From Candidatus Poribacteria bacterium (GTDB lineage Bacteria > Poribacteria > WGA-4E > WGA-3G), in NCBI GenBank assembly GCA_963665235.2, contig CAXXLX010000002.1:480001-544000 (forward strand): a DNA stretch of 64,000 nt, read 5' to 3'. The translations under genes were made by a program, and so were the position numbers. Shown here in pieces: positions 33,028 through 42,371 of this stretch. The notes under the pieces were generated by a model, which saw only the letters and a list, made by a program, of their open reading frames with translations, had not been told where the DNA came from and made no database searches. Each line of letters opens with the position of its first letter. The stretch's first letter is position 1.

Positions 33028-33195
33028 CAGGGTGATTTGGTTCTCCATATTTTCAAGTGCTCTCTTCTGTAGGAGCGAGCTTTGCTCGCGACCGAGTGCC
33101 ATCAGTGCTTTCCGCGTCATCTCTTTCGGTCTTCTGTAGGAGCGAGCTTTGCTCGCGACCGCCACTGCAAAAATGCTGAAAACTAAATAGCCCTG
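33028..33195. mobile_element. 168-bp MITE, family B, with two REP hairpins
   Basis: CAGGGTGATTTGGTT / AACTAAATAGCCCTG ends; exact 10-bp TSD GCTTTACTCC (33018-33027, 33196-33205). Confidence 0.85.
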
Positions 33196-33213
33196 GCTTT
33201 ACTCCTTTATGGA

Positions 33214-35502
33214 TTAGACTAACCCAATCCGTTTTCGTATAAACCATTCTGTCCCTAACAGCCCGACCACCGTAAGGAGGATGAGTGGGTTTGCCCATAA
33301 ATCACGTTCCTCATCAACGAAGATAGGTTTCTGTTCTATCTTAATTTTTTCATGGAGCGATTGTGCCTCCGCCATAGTGAGATAGGTGCCGCCTGTTCGT
33401 TCTGCGAGCTGTTTGAGTAGCGTTTCGTTGAGTTGCGGCGATTCCAGCTCTGCAAGTTGCGGATGCACGTGGATATTAATTTCATCTTCCCCTAACGGAA
33501 CATTGTCTGCGATGCCCGTAGCCCGAATTCGGTAAGTGCCCTTTTCGTCAACTGTCAGTTGTGCAGTATAGATACCCGCGTTCCTGTTCTCTGTTTCTGT
33601 CGTTTCAATGTGTGTTCTCAGTGGAAACGTCGCGCCTTTCGGGGTTGTGACGGACACCTGAATTTCGGCATCGGTTTGTGGCTGAAAGGTTTGTGAGTAC
33701 GCTCTTATAGTGAGTTGTGCTGTATCTCCCTGTGCATAGGTCGGTGCTGTGGTAGTGAGATATATCCTATTCACATCTGATTGTTGCCCCATCCATCGGA
33801 GGGTTTGTGCCCAGAAACGGGGATATACTGTTTGATATGCGGTATCTCTGAAAGCACCCACGCCGAAGTGCCAATTCCATACACCTTCAGCGGCGATGAG
33901 GAGGCTTTTCCCGAGCCCAACACGTTGAAAAAGGAGAATTGACTCTCCGCCCTCGCTTTCAATCAATGAGGTGGCCCCTGCCCGCAACTGGAATCCGCGA
34001 AAAACGCGAGAGACTGGGGGCAGGTTTTGCCAAAGCTTGGTATTACGTTCATAAGTGTCGCTGAGCTGGAGTATCGGGTGAAACGCACCGGCTTGTGTGA
34101 GGGACAGCGCGAAATCCGCCTTCTGTTCGCGACATCCGTTTGCTGGAATTTGAATAGGCAGCAGTCTTGAGAGTGTGGTATTTCTGAAGCCGTTTCTGCC
34201 AAGTGCGTTATGCGATGGCAGAAAAATAATCGCTTTTCCATGCATTTCCACGAACTCAATAATCATCTCCTGTTGTGCCACGGTCAGATGTTCTGCTGAA
34301 AGGTCACCTAAAATCAGCACATCATATTTGAAGAGTGCCTCACGGGTTTCGGGGAACCGGGGGGGCTGCCCCGGAGTTTCCTGTGGATAATAACTCCTGC
34401 TTTGGTTTAGCAGAGATTCCGGGCGCGCCTTTGCCGATAGCACAGTCGTAGTGGTTTCAAGGTCCGGGTCCCGTTCTAAAACGCGTTTGAGGAATGCATA
34501 TTCCCAGCGGGGTCTGCCTTCCAAATAAAAAACTTTGAGTTTCGCTTTCACGACCTTTAGCGAAAAGGTTTTCTGATTATTTGCGTCAGTTAGTTCACCT
34601 GTCAGCGTTGGCAGCATGACCTTATACTGAAAATTCCCCTCTGTTTCGGGAGTCATTTTTAAAGTCACCACGTGTTTCGTGCCTTGTGCTGTTTCGGGCT
34701 CTGTTGCATCAGGTGCAAAGGTAAGCATTGCCGCATCAACGAGGCGGTTGCTATCTGCTTCACGCATAGACACGCGAGCGGATTCTGTCGTATATCCCGT
34801 TTGCACAACCGTGACCCGAATGACGTTTTCATGCCCAGTATAGACAATAGGTGCAACGTCGACGTTCTGAATTTGAATGTCTTTCGGGGGGTGTGTTGAG
34901 CCGAGCCCGATAGCATGAACGGGTGTTTCCAGCGCGACGATGTCCTCTATCTGGAAATTTGAGCCGTTATGTGCCCCGTCGGTAATGAGTACAACGCCTG
35001 CGGTGGGTTGTCCTTTCCACGCGTGCGCTGTCTCCTGAAGCGCAGTTCCGATATCGGTGAGGTTGCCCATCGGCTCAAATCCTTCCGTTGGGATTGTACT
35101 TTGGTAAAGTCCCGTATCAAAGCGGTAGAGGTGAAGTTTATATTTGCTCTCCAATGTTTGCAAAAATTGGCTCGATTCATCGAACAGGAGATGATTCACT
35201 TTACTAATACGTGAGCTGTCGGTTTCACCGGCGGGTGTATCTTCTAGTGCCATACTTCGGGAGGTGTCCACTAAGATAGAGAGGTGCGTCGGCGGCGTAA
35301 CGTCCTTTTTTTCCATAATGACCGGTGCAAGTAAACATCCGAGTAAAATCGCGGCAGCGAGGATTCGGAGTGCAATAAGTGCAAAACGGTGTGTGCGCTG
35401 CAGCGGCCGTTTTAGTTGAAAATATCCGAAAATGGTGATACCCGCCACGATGCCAATTCCGAGGGCAACTGCCCAGGCTGGTAAAAAATATGTGAATCGC
35501 AT
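33214..35502 (-). CDS. Membrane-anchored vWA + class I glutamine amidotransferase-like domain protein
   Basis: LVDTSRSM, LITDG, EGRPRWEYAFLKR, YDVLILGD, C-terminal TM plus EWFIRK. Confidence 0.85.
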   Translation of the reverse strand: MRFTYFLPAWAVALGIGIVAGITIFGYFQLKRPLQRTHRFALIALRILAAAILLGCLLAPVIMEKKDVTPPTHLSILVDTSRSMALEDTPAGETDSSRISKVNHLLFDESSQFLQTLESKYKLHLYRFDTGLYQSTIPTEGFEPMGNLTDIGTALQETAHAWKGQPTAGVVLITDGAHNGSNFQIEDIVALETPVHAIGLGSTHPPKDIQIQNVDVAPIVYTGHENVIRVTVVQTGYTTESARVSMREADSNRLVDAAMLTFAPDATEPETAQGTKHVVTLKMTPETEGNFQYKVMLPTLTGELTDANNQKTFSLKVVKAKLKVFYLEGRPRWEYAFLKRVLERDPDLETTTTVLSAKARPESLLNQSRSYYPQETPGQPPRFPETREALFKYDVLILGDLSAEHLTVAQQEMIIEFVEMHGKAIIFLPSHNALGRNGFRNTTLSRLLPIQIPANGCREQKADFALSLTQAGAFHPILQLSDTYERNTKLWQNLPPVSRVFRGFQLRAGATSLIESEGGESILLFQRVGLGKSLLIAAEGVWNWHFGVGAFRDTAYQTVYPRFWAQTLRWMGQQSDVNRIYLTTTAPTYAQGDTAQLTIRAYSQTFQPQTDAEIQVSVTTPKGATFPLRTHIETTETENRNAGIYTAQLTVDEKGTYRIRATGIADNVPLGEDEINIHVHPQLAELESPQLNETLLKQLAERTGGTYLTMAEAQSLHEKIKIEQKPIFVDEERDLWANPLILLTVVGLLGTEWFIRKRIGLV

Positions 35503-35536
35503 TCTTTTTCTGTTGTTTCTTGTGATATATTCTAAA

Positions 35537-35566
35537 ATTATAGTCTATGTCAAGGGGAGTTGTCAA
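35537..35566 (-). promoter_or_regulatory. Sigma70-type promoter for the vWA operon
   Basis: TTGACA-18-TATAAT on minus strand. Confidence 0.6.
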
Positions 35567-35612
35567 GACAATTTTAAAATTTCGCAGCGTTTGTCAAGAA
35601 ACATTTTTAAAG

Positions 35613-35646
35613 AGAAAGGCAGGCACCCAAAATTGGATACCTGCCT
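35613..35646 (-). terminator. Probable intrinsic terminator after the Cys/His-rich gene
   Basis: AGGCAGGTATCCAA / TTGGGTGCCTGCCT stem followed by pyrimidines. Confidence 0.6.
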
Positions 35647-35674
35647 ATTGCGTTCAAAGTTGAATGTTCTGCTA

Positions 35675-37033
35675 CTATTGGGCCCAATGCCACGGATGCG
35701 TTCCCCAGTTGCTGTTACAGGTGCCGTTGCTACAAAGTGTGAAGGTCACACTACACCCAGGGCGACTACACGTGAAAACTGTCGTATGGTTGTGCGTTGC
35801 TCCCGAAATGCAGGTCCAATACGTATGTCCGGCACTACAGGTCTGGCGATGTTCAAACCGGTTGCTCACCTGCTGACTACAAGCTTGCCGCGCACACGAA
35901 ACGGTAGGAGCGGGATAGACGTGCGTGTGTGACTCACATGCATAGAAACTAGTGACTGTACAGGTATTTCCATTGGAATCAGTTTCGGAACAGCTTGCTT
36001 GGAGAGAGTGCTCGGTACCATCACATTCGTAGTGTGCATGATAGGATGAACAACTCTCATACACCCATTCGTGGTCTGATGCGTTGATTTGACACAGGTA
36101 TCCGACATGTGTATTATCGCCACACGGTGCGGTGCCCCATGCGTGGTTGCTTGCCTCACTATTTGCGTAGGTATGTCCACAAGCACCGGTGGTTGGACAC
36201 GCGGAACACCCGTCGGTGCAGAGATTGCAGTCGGGGGTGTTATCGGTAGTTAGGACGAGGAAGTCTAAATTGATTATATTCCGGGCATTATTAGCTTCGT
36301 TTCCTTGTTCCGGGGCACACTTATGTCCCTTCGCTTTCGGAGCGCACTTCGGCGTGACACTCACCATGGGATCCCCAATATTCTGCTGTAACGCTTTTTT
36401 GGCAGTTGCCTCAAGGGTTACTTTCGCCCACGGATTCGCGTCCAAAGGTGTGGGGGAGGTCGTAGATACATCAATTTTTTTCACAGAAATATAGAGGTCA
36501 AAGGAACGTTGCTTCTTTCCTTCACCGAAGACACTATGTTTTTTCTTGACCGCTTTTGCTTTTGCTTTCCCATCTGGACTTGTTTTGACGATTTCGCCAT
36601 ATTCATAGGATTTACTGTCCGGAGTATGGCTGGTCTTCATCACAACATTCGTATAGTCAGGTGCCTCGATGGAGCCCTGGTCGCTGGTAAGTTCCGCATA
36701 CGCATACGCATTATAGTCTATAGTTTTACCTCTCACAGCAAACGGCTGTGCAGACACACTTATCTCCGCCAGGCCTTCTAGACTATAAATCGTTCCAAAA
36801 AAATCGTTTAGCCCTTTGAGAATGTCTGCGTATTTGCGGGAACTGACATGGAATGGGTTATCGACGACAACCTTGTTTCCCTTGCCAACGTTAACAGGAT
36901 AGTCTGGGGCAGGTTCAATCCAATCATGTAACACGGTTTTGCTGAGTATTTTGACAGGCCCCCCCAGTGGATGCGTGTATGATACAATACCCGCGAAGAA
37001 AAGTGTTAAAAAAAACAAAGATAAATGTCTCAT
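35675..37033 (-). CDS. Secreted protein with Cys/His-rich repeat C-terminus
   Basis: 452-aa ORF, signal peptide, DNTPDCNLCTDGCSAC then C-x3-4-H-x2-3-(Y/W)-x-C-x4-7-H units. Confidence 0.8.
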   Translation of the reverse strand: MRHLSLFFLTLFFAGIVSYTHPLGGPVKILSKTVLHDWIEPAPDYPVNVGKGNKVVVDNPFHVSSRKYADILKGLNDFFGTIYSLEGLAEISVSAQPFAVRGKTIDYNAYAYAELTSDQGSIEAPDYTNVVMKTSHTPDSKSYEYGEIVKTSPDGKAKAKAVKKKHSVFGEGKKQRSFDLYISVKKIDVSTTSPTPLDANPWAKVTLEATAKKALQQNIGDPMVSVTPKCAPKAKGHKCAPEQGNEANNARNIINLDFLVLTTDNTPDCNLCTDGCSACPTTGACGHTYANSEASNHAWGTAPCGDNTHVGYLCQINASDHEWVYESCSSYHAHYECDGTEHSLQASCSETDSNGNTCTVTSFYACESHTHVYPAPTVSCARQACSQQVSNRFEHRQTCSAGHTYWTCISGATHNHTTVFTCSRPGCSVTFTLCSNGTCNSNWGTHPWHWAQ

Positions 37034-38055
37034 TGCTTAGAAACCTCCTGTGTGTAGGGATTGATGTTATAATCCCATCCACTGAGTTTTGATAGTTCTT
37101 CATCGGATGTCTGGTTTAAGTGGATTCTAATCAATTCAGCATCTCTGCCGGAGTGTCCTGTCCGCATGACCGTGCGGTTGCCGACCCAATTTCCATGTTT
37201 CAGTGCCACAGGAACCTCGCGCTCAATTTCATCATATATGAACTCATAGTAGTATCCTGTTTTTTCGCGAAACGTGCGACCGTCCGGCAGCGTGATTAGG
37301 TTCCAATTGGGGCTATCCTTCCCAAGGTCCACCCTCAGTACATCTATAAATCTGTCAAAATCCTCGGCCCAAAAAGTCATTGCTTCCGGGTAATCCAGAG
37401 TGTTTTGAAGTATCCAATCCATTCTATCAGCACCTATCCCAGGGCTCCCTTGAATAATGAAAGGTTTCTGAGGTCCATCACGGACACCAATCATCACGGT
37501 TATGGGTACATCATTTTCTTGATAGAATTTTTCGGATTCAATAAACTTCGGCCAGATGTCGGCAATAGGGCGTTTTGGGTTATACGTTTCTATTATCTCG
37601 AAGAGAATCGCCTCAAATGTCTCTATCTCCGCTTCAGAGACATCAGCTCGGTAAACGCCAATCCATTTTTGTGGGCATTTGAGGTGTTCAGGAACTCCAT
37701 CCGCAAAGAGTGGATTTGAGGATGTCTGTCCACTGGGATAAGGGATGTCGGTGGGCGGTTCCGCCAGCTCGCGTGGCGTATTCGCTGTCTCTATTGCACC
37801 TGGTGATGTTTTGTGCCAGTGGTCCCCGTGCCAGTATCCACTTTCCTTCGTTTCACCGGGCGGCGGGGGTTTGGCAGCATCCTGTGTGTTCCGTTCCGCA
37901 ATGTCCGCCTCCATCTTTTGGATGACTTCATCGGATGGCGGCTCAAAAACAACCTCGGGTTTCGTATCGATGTTCTGCTGTGTGAACAGAAAAACACCGA
38001 CGGTTATAAGTAGTAGAATGAGGACAGCGAGTCCGCAAAGCATTTTTCGTTTCAT
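37030..38055 (-). CDS. Membrane-anchored protein with PPPPGET..GYWHGDHWH motif
   Basis: AAGGAG RBS, N-terminal TM; N-terminus homologous to 42372..43295. Confidence 0.82.
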   Translation of the reverse strand: MKRKMLCGLAVLILLLITVGVFLFTQQNIDTKPEVVFEPPSDEVIQKMEADIAERNTQDAAKPPPPGETKESGYWHGDHWHKTSPGAIETANTPRELAEPPTDIPYPSGQTSSNPLFADGVPEHLKCPQKWIGVYRADVSEAEIETFEAILFEIIETYNPKRPIADIWPKFIESEKFYQENDVPITVMIGVRDGPQKPFIIQGSPGIGADRMDWILQNTLDYPEAMTFWAEDFDRFIDVLRVDLGKDSPNWNLITLPDGRTFREKTGYYYEFIYDEIEREVPVALKHGNWVGNRTVMRTGHSGRDAELIRIHLNQTSDEELSKLSGWDYNINPYTQEVSKQ

Positions 38056-38083
38056 GAGAACATTCTCCTTATTGAAAGGCTGC

Positions 38084-38503
38084 TCACTTTGCACCACTGT
38101 CGTCTGATAGCGGGCAATGTGATTCCGGTTGTGAGTTTGGACACGGCGATTTTTCCGGCCGCTCCTTATTACACCCCGGCTGTGTCCATCCCATACAAGC
38201 GGGAGTGTCTGAGTCTCTCTGTGTCGCAGCAATCATTTTGATTGTGCCAAACAACAGACACCCACTCATCAAAACAATCAGCGCCGTGGTGAAACCTATC
38301 TTGCGCCAGCGGTGCCTTTTCGACTGTGAGGTGTCCTGACGTTTTAGGAACAAGAATCCCCATAACGAAATAGCAAAGGCAACGACACTGAGGCGGAGCC
38401 CGTGCTGTGCAAAAAAGAGTGCACAAAACATGCTAACGATGAGGCCTCCGAATGCAGCCACGGCGGCTATATTGACGTTTGTCGTTAAAAGTTTCGTTTT
38501 CAC
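38084..38503 (-). CDS. Small three-TM protein with four-Cys tail
   Basis: GGAGG RBS before GTG 38503; hydrophobic segments; CMGWTQPGC..CP..HC. Confidence 0.6.
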   Translation of the reverse strand: MKTKLLTTNVNIAAVAAFGGLIVSMFCALFFAQHGLRLSVVAFAISLWGFLFLKRQDTSQSKRHRWRKIGFTTALIVLMSGCLLFGTIKMIAATQRDSDTPACMGWTQPGCNKERPEKSPCPNSQPESHCPLSDDSGAK

Positions 38504-39198
38504 GATTATATATCCTCCGCTAAAATCTGTCAAGTCACATCGAAGTGTTAATCGTTCTGTTATAGCTTATCGTTGTGCATAATAAGCTTTCGCACCAAGA
38601 ATAACCACATTTCCCCCCGCTTGCGGGGGGATAAAGGGGGGTCTTAATGCATTGAAGCATGCGCCACTGCAACGAAAAAAAGCCCGTGACACGAGACACG
38701 TCGTGTGAGACGAAGTGCCTGTCCGGGCGCGAAAATGTGGCAGCGACCAATGCCTGCGATGTGACTTTGTCCACTGAATAAATTAACGAATGTGAAATAG
38801 GGGGGGCTGATAGTTAAAACACATCGGAAGTAGTACGCGCAGACTCATCCTATTGCTGTGCGGGAAACGGGTAGCAGAGGTAATGACATTCTCAAATGTG
38901 GTGTTCGTACATCGGTTTTGCATTATCAATTCCCCCGTGCGGTAAAATGTGATTCGCGGTAGTGCAACTGTCCACTTCTTTGCAATGTTATGTTACACGC
39001 GTGTCCTATTCCCAACTATCCTAAATTACGTCTGTTTTGCGTGCAAGGTTTCAAAAATTTCATCTTTTCAGGACAGACGCGGCGCGTTGATAAGTCCTTA
39101 TGTCATTGGAAACCATTAGCAATTAGCGATTGGCAATTAGCAAGAGAAAGAAAAGAGGGCTCTTATATTTCTTGCCAACGGTTTCCAACAGCCAAATA

Positions 39199-39354
39199 TA
39201 GTAGGATTTAGAATTAATTGGACATTTTAAGCATCTCGGATACGAAACCGCACTTACCGGGGATGTTGTCCAACAAACTTTTAGCTTGTGGCCGCACCCG
39301 CACAAACTGGAAAGTTTGTGCTACGAAATGTTCCAATAATTATATGCTTTACTA
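39199..39354. mobile_element. MITE with TA flanks, family E (IS630-like ends)
   Basis: TA|TAGTAGGATTTAGAATTAATTGGACA ... TGTTCCAATAATTATATGCTTTACTA|TA; holds REP GCACAAACTGGAAAGTTTGTGCTAC. Confidence 0.65.
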
Positions 39355-39371
39355 TAATACTTGACTTTGGA

Positions 39372-39590
39372 CAGGGCCATTTAGTTTTACAACTTCACTT
39401 TATATATGTGTATATGTTCCCCTAGTATTCGGGAAACCAACAGCACGCGCCTTAATATCGCGTGCACAGCACGCTCCTACAGAAGAGAACGCTTGAACCT
39501 ACGGGGTTTCAATATCACGTGCACAGCACGCTCCTACAGAAGAGGTTTGTTGAACACCCGGCGAAAAATATGGAGAACTAAATAACCCTG
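39372..39590. mobile_element. 219-bp MITE, family B, opposite orientation to the 33028 copy
   Basis: CAGGGCCATTTAGTT / AACTAAATAACCCTG ends; exact 10-bp TSD TGACTTTGGA (39362-39371, 39591-39600); two REPs inside. Confidence 0.85.
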
Positions 39591-39603
39591 TGACTTTGGA
39601 AAG

Positions 39604-40134
39604 GGGGGCGTAAAGTTTTCGTACACCCGTTCAGTATTCGGGCAAACGGTTTCCCGCTCCTATAGTAGGGCTATTCAGCACCCGTCGGGTTGCATAGGGT
39701 TATGATGTGCAATGGGGTTTGCTACTACAAACCGTTTTGTGACGGGCAATAAATGGTTTCCCTACTACGAGCACCGCTCTGATGAGCAAGGAGTCACACT
39801 GTAGGCGCAGACCGTTTTAAACATCAATAGATTAACTTGATATAGAAACTTTACATACCCGACATTATGTAGGAGCGTGCTTCGCACGCGATACCTTTTT
39901 AGATAGGCAGACACTCTTAAACTCCGCGTCTTCCGCGTTCTCCGCGACAATCCGCGATTTGCGGCGGACTCGTCCAAATGCGACGTGCATTCAGACAAAA
40001 AAACGCTAAAACTATAATCACAAAACTTGGATTGTTACCCATCGGACAATCCGCGAAATCCGTGTAATACGCGAAATCCACCCTTCCCCTCTTCCATCCT
40101 TCCATTTATCATAGTACAAAAACTTTACACACTC
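39604..40134. mobile_element. Family A composite element(s)
   Basis: Left end GGGGGCGTAAAGTTTTCGTAC; right-type ends at ~39860 and 40134; same cargo modules as the 6175 and 58229 copies. Confidence 0.6.
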
Positions 40135-40187
40135 CTTGACTTTTCATGCAACCTATTATAAAATCTTGCTAGCCAAAGGAGGGCATC

Positions 40188-40466
40188 ATGACACAAAAAT
40201 TCATTCTTATATTTGCGTTAATAGTTCTCATCACATTCGTAGGGTGTGTCCCTGGGGATGGAAAACACACCAGCAACAAACCCGCTGGATTTCTCTGGGG
40301 AATTTGGCACGGGTGGATAGCACCAATTTCGCTCGTTTGGCACCTATTTAATCCAGATATCCGCATCTACGAACCCTATAACACAGGCGGATGGTACGAT
40401 TTCGGGTTCTATACTGCCGTGATTAGTGGGTTTGGCGGCCTCTCCCTTTTCCGGAGGGAAACGTGA
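40188..40466 (+). CDS. Small membrane lipoprotein
   Basis: GGAGG RBS, lipobox FVGC, PAGFLWGIWHGWIAP..IYE..NTGGWYDFGF; upstream TTGACT-17-TAAAAT. Confidence 0.8.
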   Translation: MTQKFILIFALIVLITFVGCVPGDGKHTSNKPAGFLWGIWHGWIAPISLVWHLFNPDIRIYEPYNTGGWYDFGFYTAVISGFGGLSLFRRET

Positions 40467-40540
40467 AACAGAACTTCGTTGGTAGTAAGAGAACCATTCA
40501 TTGCTCGTTCAACACTTAAACCAGAGGAGAAATTCCAAAA

Positions 40541-41533
40541 ATGAAAGTCTTAGTCATCGGCGGAACAGGCAACATCAGCCGCGGGATTGTTGCCGCATTA
40601 CAAAATCGGAACTATGAAGTCGTCCTATTTAACCGGGGACAACACATCGACCCGCCCCCACCAGATGTCCGCGTAATCCACGGCAATCGGCAGCACCGCG
40701 ACGATTTTGAAGCGAAAGTCGGCACGGAACGCTGGGATGCTGTCATAGATATGATTAGCTTCAACGCAGACGATGCCGCATCCGTACTCCGCGCATGCAG
40801 GGACCGTGTCGGACACCTCGTCCACTGTTCAACGGTCATGACTTATGGCCCGCCGTTCAGCGGCATCAATCTTCCAGAGACAGCCCCGTTGCAAGGCACA
40901 TCAGGCTACGGGCTCGGTAAAATTGCAGCGGATAACCTGCTCCTATCAGCACATGACCGTGACGGATTTCCTGTAACTATTTTCAAACCCTCCTATACAC
41001 ACGGCCCCGGTATGAATCTACACCGACAGGTAGGTGGAGATGGAAGTTGGCTCGATAGGCTACGAAAAGGGAAACCGATTCTCTCCGCAGGCGATGGACT
41101 GAACTATTTTCAATTTCTATCCTCACGGGACGCGGGCGTTGCCTTTACAGATGTGCTCGGTAAATCACAGTGCTTCGGTGAAATATATAACCTCGTCCAC
41201 CCGCAGGCGCGCACCTGGGACGAATGGCACCGCGCAGCAGCCGATGCCCTTGGCGTTGAAATAGAGCTCGTGCATGTATCGCAAGAAACGCTTATCGCAA
41301 TGGCGCCAGAGCGATTCAGCGGTTTACGGGGGAACTTCGGACACACACAAATCTTCAGTCATGCCAAACTCGCAGCCGCACTGCCCACGTTCGAACCGAA
41401 AATTCCGGTAACCGAGAGCGTGGCAGAAAACATTGCTTGGATGGATAAACACAATCGGATACCGGACAGTGATGCAAACGATTTAGAGGACCGGATTATT
41501 GAGACGATTCGCAACCTACCCCGTATCCAATAG
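40541..41533 (+). CDS. NAD-dependent epimerase/dehydratase family
   Basis: VLVIGGTGNIS, YGLGK. Confidence 0.9.
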   Translation: MKVLVIGGTGNISRGIVAALQNRNYEVVLFNRGQHIDPPPPDVRVIHGNRQHRDDFEAKVGTERWDAVIDMISFNADDAASVLRACRDRVGHLVHCSTVMTYGPPFSGINLPETAPLQGTSGYGLGKIAADNLLLSAHDRDGFPVTIFKPSYTHGPGMNLHRQVGGDGSWLDRLRKGKPILSAGDGLNYFQFLSSRDAGVAFTDVLGKSQCFGEIYNLVHPQARTWDEWHRAAADALGVEIELVHVSQETLIAMAPERFSGLRGNFGHTQIFSHAKLAAALPTFEPKIPVTESVAENIAWMDKHNRIPDSDANDLEDRIIETIRNLPRIQ

Positions 41534-41548
41534 AGCAGAGGTGACACT

Positions 41549-42361
41549 ATGATACACATTAAATCCGCATTAAATTCAGAGAGATTGGACCGCGTTGAAC
41601 ACGACCTGCGCGAAACCGGTTTCCATATCATTGAGCACGTGATTACGGCTGACGAGGCTGACGAGGCGCGCGAAGCGATTTGGGAGATGGTCAAAACAGA
41701 CATCGCTAACGGATACGACCACAGCTACGGCGATGGTAAAATCCGCCGGGTCTGGGCAATCGTCGGAAAATCGCCTATCTTCCGACGACTCATTCAGCAC
41801 CCGACCGTTGTGGCAGTCTGGAAACGGATGCTGGGAGAGGATATGATTGCTTCTACCTTCACTGCCAATATTGTCGGCCCTGGCGCGCCAGCAGGCGGAT
41901 GGCATATTGATTACCCGTATTGGGCGATGCAAGCCCCATTTCCATCGGGCTCGTTGACAGGACAAACGGTATGGATGTTGGACGAGTTCACCGCAGAGAA
42001 CGGCGCAACCGCATGCATTGCCGGTTCACACAAAACGCTGCGCCGCCCCGAATTAGGAGAAGCGGAGGGGCTCGAGATGAGCGTCGCTGTCGCCCCGAAG
42101 GGCTCTATCCTATTCACGAACGGCGCAATCTGGCACCAGTGTCTTCCTAATGTTACAGATGCACCGCGCGTCGGGTTGCTCGGTATGTATAACCGCTCCG
42201 TCATCTACCCGCAAGAGGATATGCCTCGGCAGTTAACCGATGAGGTATTAGTAGATGAAAGCGATGTGCTGAAACAGTTGTTGGGCAGAAAAATTCCGTT
42301 CCGTGACCCTGACCATGGACAAAATTGGCATCGGACAGATACAGGCTTCCGCCAAGCATAG
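41549..42361 (+). CDS. PhyH family dioxygenase
   Basis: WHID, FTAENGAT..IAGSH, IWH. Confidence 0.9.
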   Translation: MIHIKSALNSERLDRVEHDLRETGFHIIEHVITADEADEAREAIWEMVKTDIANGYDHSYGDGKIRRVWAIVGKSPIFRRLIQHPTVVAVWKRMLGEDMIASTFTANIVGPGAPAGGWHIDYPYWAMQAPFPSGSLTGQTVWMLDEFTAENGATACIAGSHKTLRRPELGEAEGLEMSVAVAPKGSILFTNGAIWHQCLPNVTDAPRVGLLGMYNRSVIYPQEDMPRQLTDEVLVDESDVLKQLLGRKIPFRDPDHGQNWHRTDTGFRQA

Positions 42362-42371
42362 GAGTGATAAT

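Noticed and set aside
35675-36250. Multiheme cytochrome c (given the nearby ccm genes)
   Set aside because: No CxxCH motif; the CxxC pairs are followed by T or P.
39360-40143. CTTGACTTT as TSD of the third family A copy
   Set aside because: It abuts the right end but sits 6 bp from the left end even after removing the B insertion; may be chance.
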